A stretch of 63,775 nucleotides of DNA, filler included, from Kipferlia bialata (lineage: Eukaryota): NCBI GenBank assembly GCA_003568945.1. It is 4 parts of 4 records of this genome, joined end to end, with 100 filler letters (N's around TTAATTAATTAA, not from the genome) between each part and the next. Parts side by side here need not be neighbours in the genome. Positions count along the whole stretch, not along the records: positions 24,155 to 48,135 come from BDIP01000242.1; 3 more parts are not named here. The stretch is one strand, 5' to 3'. The position numbers were made by a program, and so were the translations under genes. The notes below the pieces were generated by a model. That model saw only the letters and a list, made by a program, of their open reading frames with translations. It ran no database searches and was not told the DNA's origin. The stretch's first letter is position 1, and the number at the start of each line of letters is the position of its first letter. This document shows positions 27,606 through 40,100 of the stretch, in pieces.

Positions 27606-28681
27606 CTCCCCATGTTCGACCGGAGGGATGTGGAGCAGATATTCAGACGGTACGATGCACTGGACAGGGGCAGCATATCTGTAGGGCAGACTAGACAGGT
27701 GTGTGTATATACTATATATACTGTGTATACACTATGGAGAGGGAGAGAGAGAGGTATATATATGATGCACTGGAGAGAGGCAGCACTCGGTGGGTGTGCC
27801 CAGCTCATCTTTCTCTCTCTCTCTTTCTCTGCATATATATATATATGTATATCTATACATATATTCATACCCACCCCAGGCCCTGTCCTCGATGGGTGTG
27901 CCCAGTTCATCTCTCTCTCTCTCTCTCTCTCTGCATATATATCTCTATATCTATATATTCATACCCACCCCAGGCCCTGTCCTCAATGGGTGTGCCCAGT
28001 TCATCTCTCTCTCTCTCTCTCTCTCTGCATATATATCTATATATATATATATTCACATCCAGGCCCTGTCCTCGATGGGTGTGCCCAGGGCCATAGTCGA
28101 CAGAGTGATGGCTAGGTGTGTGGAAACATTCATGTATATCGTATACTCTCTTATGTACTTTATGGGTAATATACTGTGGGCCATAGTCGACAGAGTCATG
28201 GCTAGGTGTGTTGATATATGTATAGTATTCGTGCTACAAGTCATTGTCGAGACAGAGTGCAGGCCATTAGCAACCTATTGCTCGTTTGTCATATATACGA
28301 ATCACTACTCTCTCATTCGGATGTTCTAGTATATATATGTATGTACTAGTGTATACATATATGTACTGGTATATATACCTACCCCTCACCCCAGGATGTC
28401 AGATGACCAGGCCCTGTCCCTGCCCATCTTCCGGCGATACTGGTACGTACATGTTTGTACATGTGTATATACCATAGATGTGTATATATTGTCTTACTCC
28501 CAGCTCCAAGACTGGGAGTCACTCTACATACATGCGCACATTCTGATATACAGTATTCTGTGTTCTTTACTCTATATATATATATATGACTACTATTGTT
28601 GTTTACACATGCGTATTACTATTATCTAACCTTAGTACCAAGGCCCTTGAGGCACGGGTGCAGAGTTGGTTTGGAAAGTGA
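27606..28681 (+). CDS. EFCAB10-like EF-hand protein (5' partial)
   Basis: LPMFDRRDVEQIFRRYDALDRGSISVGQTRQ|ALSSMGVPRAIVDRVMAR|MSDDQALSLPIFRRYC|TKALEARVQSWFGK*. Contains an EF-hand loop DxxDRGSIS followed by ALxxxG. Confidence 0.6.
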
Positions 28682-29010
28682 GGGAGGCATGTTGACTAGT
28701 TAGATACGGTCTTCATGTGTGTATTGTTTAGTGTTGATGCTGTTCGGATGCAGTGTTGTCCAGTTGTATAGCAGTGTTGCAGTGCAGTGAGTAAATGTCT
28801 GTGATTCTAGTATATCTGGTCAAGGATGGTATATGCTCTGTCATAGTAGGTATACGCAGTGTACGTAGTTTCATGGTTATTATGTCTTAATTCGTCACCA
28901 GGTCTATTTTTACATGTGAGAAATGAGTCTAACAGACACTTTATCACATGCATTCAATGTATAGACATATATGTCTATACACTATATCTATACACTTATA
29001 CTCTATCCCC

Positions 29011-31904
29011 TCACTGCCACCCATACACCTCCAGCCTCATGCTGATGTGGGATGACCAGGTCAGGGCACTGACACGCACCCTGTCAGCCACAACAGGCTC
29101 AGACAGAGTGTGGAGCACTATACCGGCACCCTCGTTGCCCACAAAGGACTCTGTCCCACTCAACACAGACAACCACCCGTCACTAGCGCTGTCGAAGTAC
29201 TCGATCTTGTACGCGGTCACGTGCTGGTTCCCACTCATGGTACCAGCCGTGGCAACTGCACAGACTACAGTCGGAGAGCTGTACACTATAGTGCACCCCT
29301 GACCCACCTCGTTAACACTGGCTGCCCAGTGAGGGAGCATGTCGGCGAAGTGGCTACGCAGTGTGTAGCTGTGGCCATAGTCATAGATGGGGGCAATGCT
29401 GGGTATGAACACACTCGTGAACCGTACGTCTGCAATGTCCTTCTCGACTGTCTCCCATACAGTCACACCGGTGTAGTATGCAGTCACTGCTGCCAATGCC
29501 TCATCTGCCGTGTCATGGGTGCTTCTGAGGGTGAACTAATAGTATAGGAATTACATAACTAGTAGATAATGTCTATACTCCTGAAGGAGGACCAAGTAAT
29601 AGGAGAGAGGGGAGCAGTGTGTATACATGCCTGATGTAGTTGGGTGCCAGCACCGACACTCCGTCCATCAACACCGTGTAGGCATCTGAGTAGGTAACAT
29701 TGGGGTCTGCGTACACTTCCAACACCCCCAGGTCACTCTGTACTGTATCCATATCAGCATCCAGGGTGGATATCTGTGTATCGTGTGTGTTGACAGTGAG
29801 GGAGAGAGAGGAGACAGAGGAGGAGAGGGTGGCGGTGGTGGTGTCTAGTGTAGAGACAGTGCCCTCTAGGGTAGACAGGTCAGTGCCTAGAGTAGAAACA
29901 CTTCCCTCTAGGGTAGTGATGTCAGTGCCTAGAGTAGAGACACTACCCTCTAGAGTAGACACGTCAGTGCCTAGGGTAGAGACAGTACCCTCTAGAGTAG
30001 TGATGTCAGTGCCTAGGNNNNNNNNNNNNNNNNNNNNNNNNNNNNNNNNNNNNNNNNNNNNNNNNNNNNNNNNNNNNNNNNNNNNNNNNNNNNNNNNNNN
30101 NNNNNNNNNNNNNNNNNNNNNNNNNNNNNNNNNNNNNNNNNNNNNNNNNNNNNNNNNNNNNNNNNNNNNNNNNNNNNNNNNNNNNNNNNNNNNNNNNNNN
30201 NNNNNNNNNNNNNNNNNNNNNNNNNNNNNNNNNNNNNNNNNNNNNNNNNNNNNNNNNNNNNNNNNNNNNNNNNNNNNNNNNNNNNNNNNNNNNNNNNNNN
30301 NNNNNNNNNNNNNNNNNNNNNNNNNNNNNNNNNNNNNNNNNNNNNNNNNNNNNNNNNNNNNNNNNNNNNNNNNNNNNNNNNNNNNNNNNNNNNNNNNNNN
30401 NNNNNNNNNNNNNNNNNNNNNNNNNNNNNNNNNNNNNNNNNNNNNNNNNNNNNNNNNNNNNNNNNNNNNNNNNNNNNNNNNNNNNNNNNNNNNNNNNNNN
30501 NNNNNNNNNNNNNNNNNNNNNNNNNNNNNNNNNNNNNNNNNNNNNNNNNNNNNNNNNNNNNNNNNNNNNNNNNNNNNNNNNNNNNNNNNNNNNNNNNNNN
30601 NNNNNNNNNNNNNNNNNNNNNNNNNNNNNNNNNNNNNNNNNNNNNNNNNNNNNNNNNNNNNNNNNNNNNNNNNNNNNNNNNNNNNNNNNNNNNNNNNNNN
30701 NNNNNNNNNNNNNNNNNNNNNNNNNNNNNNNNNNNNNNNNNNNNNNNNNNNNNNNNNNNNNNNNNNNNNNNNNNNNNNNNNNNNNNNNNNNNNNNNNNNN
30801 NNNNNNNNNNNNNNNNNNNNNNNNNNNNNNNNNNNNNNNNNNNNNNNNNNNNNNNNNNNNNNNNNNNNNNNNNNNNNNNNNNNNNNNNNNNNNNNNNNNN
30901 NNNNNNNNNNNNNNNNNNNNNNNNNNNNNNNNNNNNNNNNNNNNNNNNNNNNNNNNNNNNNNNNNNNNNNNNNNNNNNNNNNNNNNNNNNNNNNNNNNNN
31001 NNNCAGTACCCTCTAGAGTAGTGATGTCAGTGCCTAGGGTGGAGACAGTACCCTCTAGGGTAGTGATGTCAGTGCCTAGGGTAGAGAGGGTAGAGGTGTG
31101 TACTGCTACAGTGTTGGATATACTGGATATGTCAGAGGACAGCATATCTGTGCTTGTGTCTAGGGCAGAGACATCACTAGACATAGAGGCCAGTGAGGAG
31201 GTGTGACCAGCCACGGTTGCAGTCAACCCACTGACATCACTCTGTAGTAATGATACATCACTCTGTAGACCTGACACATTGGTCTGGACAGTGGAGAGAG
31301 AGGCGGAGACAGCGCTGATGTCTCTCTCTGTAACTGCAGCATCCACCTGCAGAGTGGAGACGGAGGTAGCCATACTGTCTAATTCATCTGACATAGTGTC
31401 CACCTCACCCTCTAGGTCTCTTAATGATACAGCGTGTGAGCCCACCTCCTGTGACAGGGTGGATGTCACAGAGTACAGGTCTGAGGACATTGTACTTGTC
31501 ACACTGTCCAGACTGGCCACAGAACCAGTCATACTGTCCATCTCCCCATCAAGCACTGCCAGGGAGTCAGTGTTGGTAGCTACCTCGTCTGACAGCGAGT
31601 AGAGCCGGGTCAATAGGACATACTCATCTGTGGTCTCACGCACAGTCAGGGATATCACCAATGCGGCAAAGACAGAGCCCACAGACACACACACAGCCAC
31701 CCCAATAGCCCACAGAGACAGCCTCCGGGCCCTCTTTATAGCAGCCTCAGTGCTATTCTGGAGAGAGGCTAGGTCCGCCTTCATCTGCTGTCTATCCTCT
31801 GCATCCTCTATACACTGCAGGTCGGGGGCCTCGGGCACCTGTTCCACGCACACTGCATCCGCCACCCAGAGAGGATTGGCTGTACTGTTCGCACAGTCCT
31901 CCAT
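29011..31904 (-). CDS. Type II membrane protein: TM, heptad coiled-coil stalk, F5/8 type C (discoidin) domain
   Basis: TM LWAIGVAVCVSVGSVFAALVISLTV, then S/T/D-rich heptads and a 14-aa repeat TLGTDITTLEGTVS spanning an N gap, then C-terminal VTAYKIEY..W..FVGN..HTLSEPVVADRVRV..TWSSHISMRLEVYG. One intron at 29525-29630 (GC-AG). Confidence 0.85.
29845..31085 (-). repeat. Coding tandem repeat, 42-bp unit (two 21-bp heptad halves), unresolved across a gap
   Basis: The unit cagtaccctctagagtagtgatgtcagtgcctagggtggaga and variants occur on both sides of the Ns at 30018-31003. Confidence 0.9.
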
Positions 31905-32290
31905 TTGGTAGTATCAGACAGAGTGGGCCTATGGAAGGAAGGGAGACATAGGGAAGCGTGTAGGCGGCTGAACCCTTATGAGGGTGTGTTTTTGTAGTCC
32001 TCACTGAGGACTCCTCAGAGTCAGGTGAACAATTTGGGTAATTGTGCCCTCATGTTGGACGTTTCTCCTACTATCTGTAGAGAACTGTAACTTGATCCTA
32101 AAATGTGGTGATAATGATGTCTATGGGCCTGCATGGTGGCCATAACGAGCCCTACACGCATACCAAGAGGTCCGGAAAGGTCAATGACGTGTGCGAGATA
32201 AGTTGGATGTTTTAGCGATTTAGTGAGGTGCTACACGCTTTCTCACTTGTCATGACCTTGCCTCATACACCCCTTCTTATGACACTAAAG

Positions 32291-35044
32291 ATGCCACTAC
32301 TCAGTCTTATATGTGCTCTGCTGCTACTATTGGGCCTCGCCGCTGCTCAGGGTGAGTGTACACTACAGATTACAGTGATATATTGGTCTTTTCCAAAAGT
32401 GCCCAATATCCATGTTCCCTAACCCCAGAGGCATCCATCTTCTCCACCTTCACCTGGTACACTGAGGCATCCGACGTATTCTCTCTCAGTGTGTACAGCG
32501 CGGATGGAGATGGAGCTGGGGCCGTGGTATGCCCCGGCACTGGGGACACTAGGTATCAGCGGCACTATGCATTAACACAGTGAATGATATGCATACACTG
32601 ATATGGTATACGCATAGTGATAGTGATACTGATACTGATCACAGGGTCACAGCTACAGTGGCACCCTCCAGCACCCTCAACGGCGACACAGCGGTGATGG
32701 TGAGTGATAACCTACCACTAATAGCTATGTCACTGAATAGTCAATGAAATTCATTCATTGAATGAATCGATTTGTTCTTTTGAAAAAGGGTTTATCAGAG
32801 TAGTGTAAGGTTCGAGATATTTATACATCTAGACCTTACGCCAGCTGATGCTGATCTCTGCCGACGCCGACTCCCATACACTCACGGGCTCAGCGGAGCC
32901 AGATTCTGGGGCTCAGACCGAGTACTTCTCAGAGGTATGTATAGACAATGATATATGTATACATATAGAAAACACATAGTGTAGTGTATATACTGATGCT
33001 GATGCTAGGGCTCAGACTATGTATGGGAGGCGTGCTTGTACAGACTCTCTTTTATATAGAATACACCCCTCACTGAGGGGCCCTCAGTATCAATACCAGA
33101 ATTACCATATATATGGTATGTTGTATGTATACCGGCACTGACACTGCTGCTTACCTCAGATCGACTTCAACCTCACGCTGACGGCTACCTTCAACTGCTT
33201 TGTCGTGTATGGACAAGCCGCTATAGCGGGTACCTCTCTAGAGATTGCCTACGCCCCCGCCGACCCAGCCCCCACCTCTCTCTCTACAGTCACCTCCTAC
33301 GCAGTGGATAGCGATGGAATGCACTACTACAACGACGCCGAGGGATCCTTCGACGCCACACTAGACAGTGATGGAGAGGGGGGGTTATAGTGTGCCCTGG
33401 GGAGGGGCTCACTAGGGTGGTGTGTGAGGTCACAGGCCTACCTTCCTTTGTCGACCCTGAGGAGACGTACTGCGAGGGTGCGGTGGCAGAGGTGGGTAGA
33501 GGCAAGTATACAAACTACACCAATATATATACTCTTTCATACTTAAACACAACAAGGTCTCTATACAGTATCCCGTCACATGGTGTACTCGACTACGAGG
33601 TCTCATACTATTCTCTCTCTCTATATATATATACGTCTACTTACCCCCTAGATCTCGGTGGCGTCCAGTGCCCTCACCGATGCATCCTATGTGGCTGGCA
33701 CCAGTGCAGAGGGTATGGGGTATATACTATATATACAATGTACATGTATGTTTATGGGTATATATTAGGGTATATACACTCATCTATGTGGCTGGCACCA
33801 GTGCAGAGGGTATGGAGTGTGTACTATACAATGTACATGTGTGTATATGTAGGTATATAATATGGTATACACACCGATCTATGTCGCTGGTACCAGATGG
33901 TATGGGGTATACCTCACTGAAGTCATTGTGTTATATATATCCACTAAGCTATACATATATATACACATACATGTATGTATGAACTATAACTGTAGATGGA
34001 GACTGGACCTGGGTCAGCCAGATCATGGTTGCTACCCAGACTGGGGTAGATACAGTGTTCAACCTAGACAGTCCCACCCACTGTGTGTTAGTGTACATGG
34101 ACCTGGACTCAACTCTCCTGGGCCTCTCCTGTAGCTACAGTGCAACTACGGAGCTAGAGGTGGAGGACGCTGATGCTGGCATGGATATACTCACGATGGT
34201 TCTAATAGGTATATAGTGATGCAATGTATATATACAGATTCATGATATTTGTACACCATAACCATACTCCCGATTATGGTCTCAGAGAACTCTCTATGAC
34301 AGTATATAACTTGATATCAGTTACATGTATTTGTGATATCCATGATCCACCTCACCCCAGGCGCAGGTGTTGTGGCTGCAGTCCTAGTGGTTGTGGGTGT
34401 GGTGTGTGTCTGCAGGAGGAAGAAGGGCAGTGAGACACCGGTACAGATGGTGGGGCAGGTACACACCGATACATATACATGTGTATATAGATTCATACAT
34501 CTACATACATATATGTGCATATATAGGGGTAGTAAGACACCGGTACAGATGGTGGGGCAGGTACGGCAGGGTAGCTAGCCGGTATCTGTAGTATGTACAC
34601 GTATCTATTTGGGACACACAGCATGCAATAGTACACTTGGACCACCGAAGGATTAGGCGAGTTACAGTATATATGTGTATATACAATCTGTCTCTCCCTC
34701 TTATACCCCAGACCGTCCCCGTTGGCCAGCCCGTGATGCAGGCAGTGCCCCAGACACAGGCACAGGTGTATCCGAAAACTGTATACCTATGTACTATATA
34801 TGCATACCACGTCTATAGAACTGGTATTTGTAGTGAATCACGTCGAAGACGCCTTCCCCTATCTATTCTAACCCCCCAGGCTCAGGCTCAGATGTATGCA
34901 CAGATGCAGGCCCAGATGCAAGGTCAGATGCAGGGCGCCCCCCCCACCATGTCTCAGCAGGGTATGACCCAGGGTATGGTACAGCCTGTACAGTATGCCA
35001 TGCAGCCTGTGGCACAGGCAGTGCCAGAGGCTGCCCCAGTGTGA
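32291..35044 (+). CDS. Type I membrane protein with a duplicated extracellular module and Q/P/M-rich cytosolic tail
   Basis: Signal peptide MPLLSLICALLLLLGLAAAQ; repeats DGDGAGAVVCPGTGDTRV and DSDGEGGVIVCPGEGLTRV; TM ILTMVLIG|AGVVAAVLVVVGVVCVC-RRKK. About 10 exons, with a frameshift in the G-run at 33378-33384. Confidence 0.75.
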
Positions 35045-35285
35045 GATGATAGTGGTATCTGGTTAGAAATGGTGGAGTATGTCAATCCGTGACATGTTGT
35101 GTATTGTGTGTAAAGAATAGAGAGAAGAATTCGAGTTCAACAGTTGATCCACACTCTCTGTATGACACGAGACGTTCCCTGAGACAAATGGTTTTCATCA
35201 AAACGGAGGTAGATACTATATGAGCGCACGTAGTAGAGTAATCTATCACATTGTATCGTTGGATGCCAGGGATACCTGCCGGTCT

Positions 35286-35335
<50 letters not shown>

Positions 35336-35762
35336 ATCAGTACGGGTACCATCGAAGTCTAAGATTCGTACTAGGAGTTTCGTAGGTGTCTCAACTGGAT
35401 TGGGATATATGTTCAGACAAAGGAACCAGCGTCAATGCAAGACTACTCGGCTATTGGGTAAAGAGACAGCTCCTCCAGATGAAATAGAGGTGTGTGAGTG
35501 AGAGAGCACTGAGATAGAAATGAAGACACCGTAGGGAGTTGGAAGAGTAAACCATTAACCATCACAATACCAAGCCTAATTGCACCGAGTCTATTTGCAC
35601 TCTAAACTGCACAGACGTCGGTGACTCACGGTAAACAATACGATTCTACTAACGTAATCACATTCGGTCAAAAGACCGAAAACAAAGGTTTCAAAAGTAC
35701 ACAGTTGGGTTGGTACACTCTCCTAGTCCAGAATAGTGTCACAGCATGTCACAGCGTGTATG

Positions 35763-36640
35763 TCACTGTGCGCTGTGACCAGTGTTACCGAGTAGCCAGG
35801 CCGGGGACTGCTGGGCATAGCACTCGTAGCACACCCTGGGGGTCAGATGGATATACAGCAATATATATCAATATATATCAATATATATCAATATATATCA
35901 ATATATATCAATANNNNNNNNNNNNNNNNNNNNNNNNNNNNNNNNNNNNNNNNNNNNNNNNNNNNNNNNNNNNNNNNNNNNNNNNNNNNNNNNNNNNNNN
36001 NNNNNNNNNNNNNNNNNNNNNCAATACTGTATTGATTCAATATATATATATATATATACACATATGTCGACATCTAGTGCATAGCACACCCTGGGGGTCA
36101 GATGGATATATACCAATATATCAATATATACATATATATACACATATATCAATATATACATATATATACATATATATCTACATCTAGTGTATAGCACACC
36201 CTGGGGGTCAGGTGGATACATCCACAGCAAGTACCCTATTTGGTATCTATAACCCACTGAAGGTAGCCACTCACCACTGCTTCTCTAAGTGTATACATAC
36301 ATCTATAATACATGTATAGTGTGTATATAGAATATACAGCCCCCACTCACCGCTGCTTCTCCAGGAAGTTCCAAACTTAAACCAAACCATAATCTGTAGA
36401 ACTACAACGTGTAAATATATCATATAACTATCGAACACACAGTGTCTATATTATATATGTATCTCACCGCTGCTTCTCCAGGAAGTTCCTGGCCGGGCAC
36501 ATCAATGTGGGTAGAATTCATCTAAGTATATATATATATATATATATATATAATATCAAATGTGCTCACCGCTGCTTCTCCAGGAAGTTCCTGGCCGGAC
36601 ATGGCAGGGTGTGCTTGGAGCACCCTGCACACACCAACTG

Positions 36641-36671
<31 letters not shown>

Positions 36672-37077
36672 CATATACACCACATACCGCTGTCTCTCCA
36701 GGAAGTTCCTGGCCGGGCATGGTAGGGTGTGCTTGGAGCACCCTGCACACACCAGCTGGTCACAGATACGGCAGTGGTGCCGCCTCTTCAGGGTCAGGCC
36801 TGGGGTTAGTACATAATACATATATGGCATTATAAATGTAACTGGGGTTAGTACATAACACATATATACCACATAATTGTATACGTGGATAGATTAGCAC
36901 TATGTATACGGCCTCTTCAGGGTCAGGCCTGGGGTGAGGAGGGATAGTATATGTGTGTATGTAGAGAGAGCCAAGTATACAGTATATACACCCATACCTA
37001 GTGACGACAGCGGCTGTCTGCACCTGGTGCATATCAAGTATATCAAGTATATGACACATTCATACATAGTATATGTT

Positions 37078-37108
<31 letters not shown>

Positions 37109-40100
37109 ATACATCCAATGGCATCAGTACCTAGTGACGACAGGGGCTGTCTGCACCGGGTGCATGCATCCTCGGTGCTGTCCTGGGGGGTAAGGGGTAG
37201 AGGATATATATATATATAGACAGATATCTATCCACGTATACACACATATATGGAATATTCATATATCATACACAAACAGTTACCTCCCACGTCTCTGGTC
37301 CCTGTCTGATCTTGATGCTGAACCCTGCCACAGCCCCTGCCTCACTGCCAGCCAGTAGCAGGTGCGGGTTGTGCTCAGAGACATGGACACAGGTGACGGC
37401 AGAGAGACCGGACCTACTAGAGAGGCCGAACAGCCTGGGGTGAGGTATATACATTGAGAACAATCACTCTATAACCATGTATACATATATGGGGTGAGGG
37501 CATACTATCGCCATACATAAGAATATATGTAAGTATTTAGTTAAGTTGCTGCAGACACTAGTAACACCCCTCCCCACCTTGGTGCCTGTGACTGGGCAGT
37601 ATGTGCACTGGATATCTTGAGTTGGTGCACGAGCTTGAGCCTCCTAGGCCCCACTAATGGGGACGCCTTAACTCTACCCAGTGACAGAGAGGCAAAGGAG
37701 GAGGAAGATGGGTGGGTGGGGAGGGAGGGAGCAGTGCCGGAGACAGGGCTGGTGTGGCCAGACCCGTCAGTCTCCATCTCGTCTCTCTCTCTCTCTCTCT
37801 CCTCCTCCTCTCTCTCCCTCTCCTCATCATCGTCCATGGAGTCCCCAGAGACAACGGAACCACGGTGCCTGGAGGGTGAGGGACATATCTCTACATGACA
37901 TACAGTAACAATAGTCTCTTTCTACTACACTGTCATTGGTACTCCTCTATCGGCTCTCTGCCATCCTTGACCGTCGGACACACAGAATGACATCCTTCCA
38001 ATTACACATTTACTAATATACATGTATGTATATATTCTATATCACCTGCTCTCTGCCAGCGTGACCCTCTGAAGTTGGAATCACGGATACATACTAATAT
38101 ATATATATATACATATACTATAGTGTATATACTATATATATACATTCACCATTCTATACCTGCTCTCTGCCAGCCTTGACCGTCTGAAGTTGGACGCATG
38201 GGGGGACTGGAACAGATCGGCCCTGAGGGGTGAGGATAGGATAGGAGAGGATATGATAGGGATAGGATTGGATAGGGATACAACACGAAATATGACACAG
38301 AGGTATAGGTATATATCAAGTTCACATACACATACACATATCCATACACCCACCTAGACATTGACATCTGCATGCCCCTGTCGTGTCTAGGGGTGACTGA
38401 CATATCAGTCACAGAGGACAGAGAGGGAGAGGGGGGCGCAGTGTTGACACCACTACTAGCCAGGGACAGAGAGGAGAGGGGGCGGTCTGGGGGTGGGTAT
38501 AAGTGTATACATATATATCCATCCATATATATATATATATATAATTATATACATACTCTATACCTGACTCCGGCAGGACTATGTTTGATGTTGCCCTTTC
38601 TGCATATATAGTACACTATCTATATATCTATCCACATATATCTATATACACCATATACCTGACTCCGGTAGGACTATGTTTGATGTGGCCCTTGGCCTCT
38701 GGTACTTGTGTCTGGATGATGCACTCAGGGACATGGGGACAGTCAGGATGGCCTGAGGGGGGGCCTAGAGGGTGAGAGGTATTGGATAGGTATATATATA
38801 TATAAGAGGATGTATATATGTGTATTGGTGCATGGATACAGTTAGGATGGCCTGAGAGGGGGCCTAGAGGGTGAGATACATATAGACTCGTTGTGTATAG
38901 AGGTATGTGGTAATGGTATTGATGTTAACACAGATATTATCTACCATATACCTTGCAGTCTATGTTCCACAGCAGTATATATCTATCTATCAATCTATCT
39001 ATCTCTATCTCTATATATACAATTATATACAATTATATACACATATACCTTGTAGTCTATGTTCCATAGGAGTATGGACCCATCTGCATGTCCAGTGATC
39101 AGGACCTGGGACTCCCACCACGACAGGCCTTGGGGGTGAGAGGCATATACATAGATGCATATACACAAAGATATATATAGCGACGTAGGTACCTGCCACT
39201 TCGAACGATGTGACTCTGTCCATGGCTCCCTACACCAACTAACACACTCTCTCTACATACACACACACATATATATATATATACATACACATATATATCT
39301 ACCTGCCACTTCGAACGATGTGACTCTGTCCATGGCAGCTGCCTCCACCAGCTCATGCCTCACCAGGACATCCCCAGAGAGACCATAGGCACACAGGAAG
39401 CCTGGGGTGAGGGGTGTTACATAACATGCGTTGAGAGACCGCCACACTCACCTTCTCCTGCGACGTATATGTTGCACTCGTTGCCGATGCACTTGAGGCC
39501 AACCACTGCACTGCGCCTGGGGGGTGAGATAGGTATCAATAGAATACTGTGTATATACGACGACGACACTACGTGTCATTACCTGCTGACTGTCCTGACC
39601 GGTGGGTATGCCTTGATGACCTGCATTGACCTCAGGCTGTACACACACACACTGCCATCGGAGGCACCAGTGACAAACACACCATGCCTCTCAGACACGT
39701 GGAGGCACGTGATGTAGACAACTCTTGGGGTGAGATACAAGGAGAGATATATATAGGTTGAACATGCAGACACGTGATGTACACCACCCTGGGAGTGAGG
39801 GAGGGATTGTGAATATACACTAGAGAGTTACAGTGACAGTACCACTAACATAGTGAAATGTCATCCATCTCCTATCGTGTACAAAGGGTAGTATAGTATG
39901 TACATATACATAAGCCAATACCTCCCGTCTGCGTCTGCGAGTGATACATATATAGTAAATGTAGATATATATACATAAACATATATACATATTCTGTCAG
40001 TTAGTACCTGCCGTCTGCATCTGCGAGTGGGTGTGAGTGGCCTATGGGCAAGGGGTGTGAGGCATACACACCACTGAGGTTGGACAGACTGAGCGGTGGC

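Noticed and set aside
29700..31600. Viral fibre (reovirus sigma-like) insertion
   Set aside because: Generic heptad similarity only. The gene has a host-type intron, a TM and no viral neighbours.
33385..33392. In-frame TAG as evidence for the hexamitid TAR=Gln code
   Set aside because: A one-base G-run correction restores the internal repeat. Long exons lack in-frame TAR, and TAG ends other genes (26400, 52827).
35663..35680. Intergenic hairpin TTCGGTC-AAAA-GACCGAA near a TACTAAC
   Set aside because: It is a 7-bp stem with no recognisable snRNA or tRNA motifs, which is too weak to call.
39761..39788. Echoes as mutually exclusive alternative exons using canonical splicing
   Set aside because: The copies are half-exons. 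In the case checked there is no matching AG inside the true exon to rejoin in frame.
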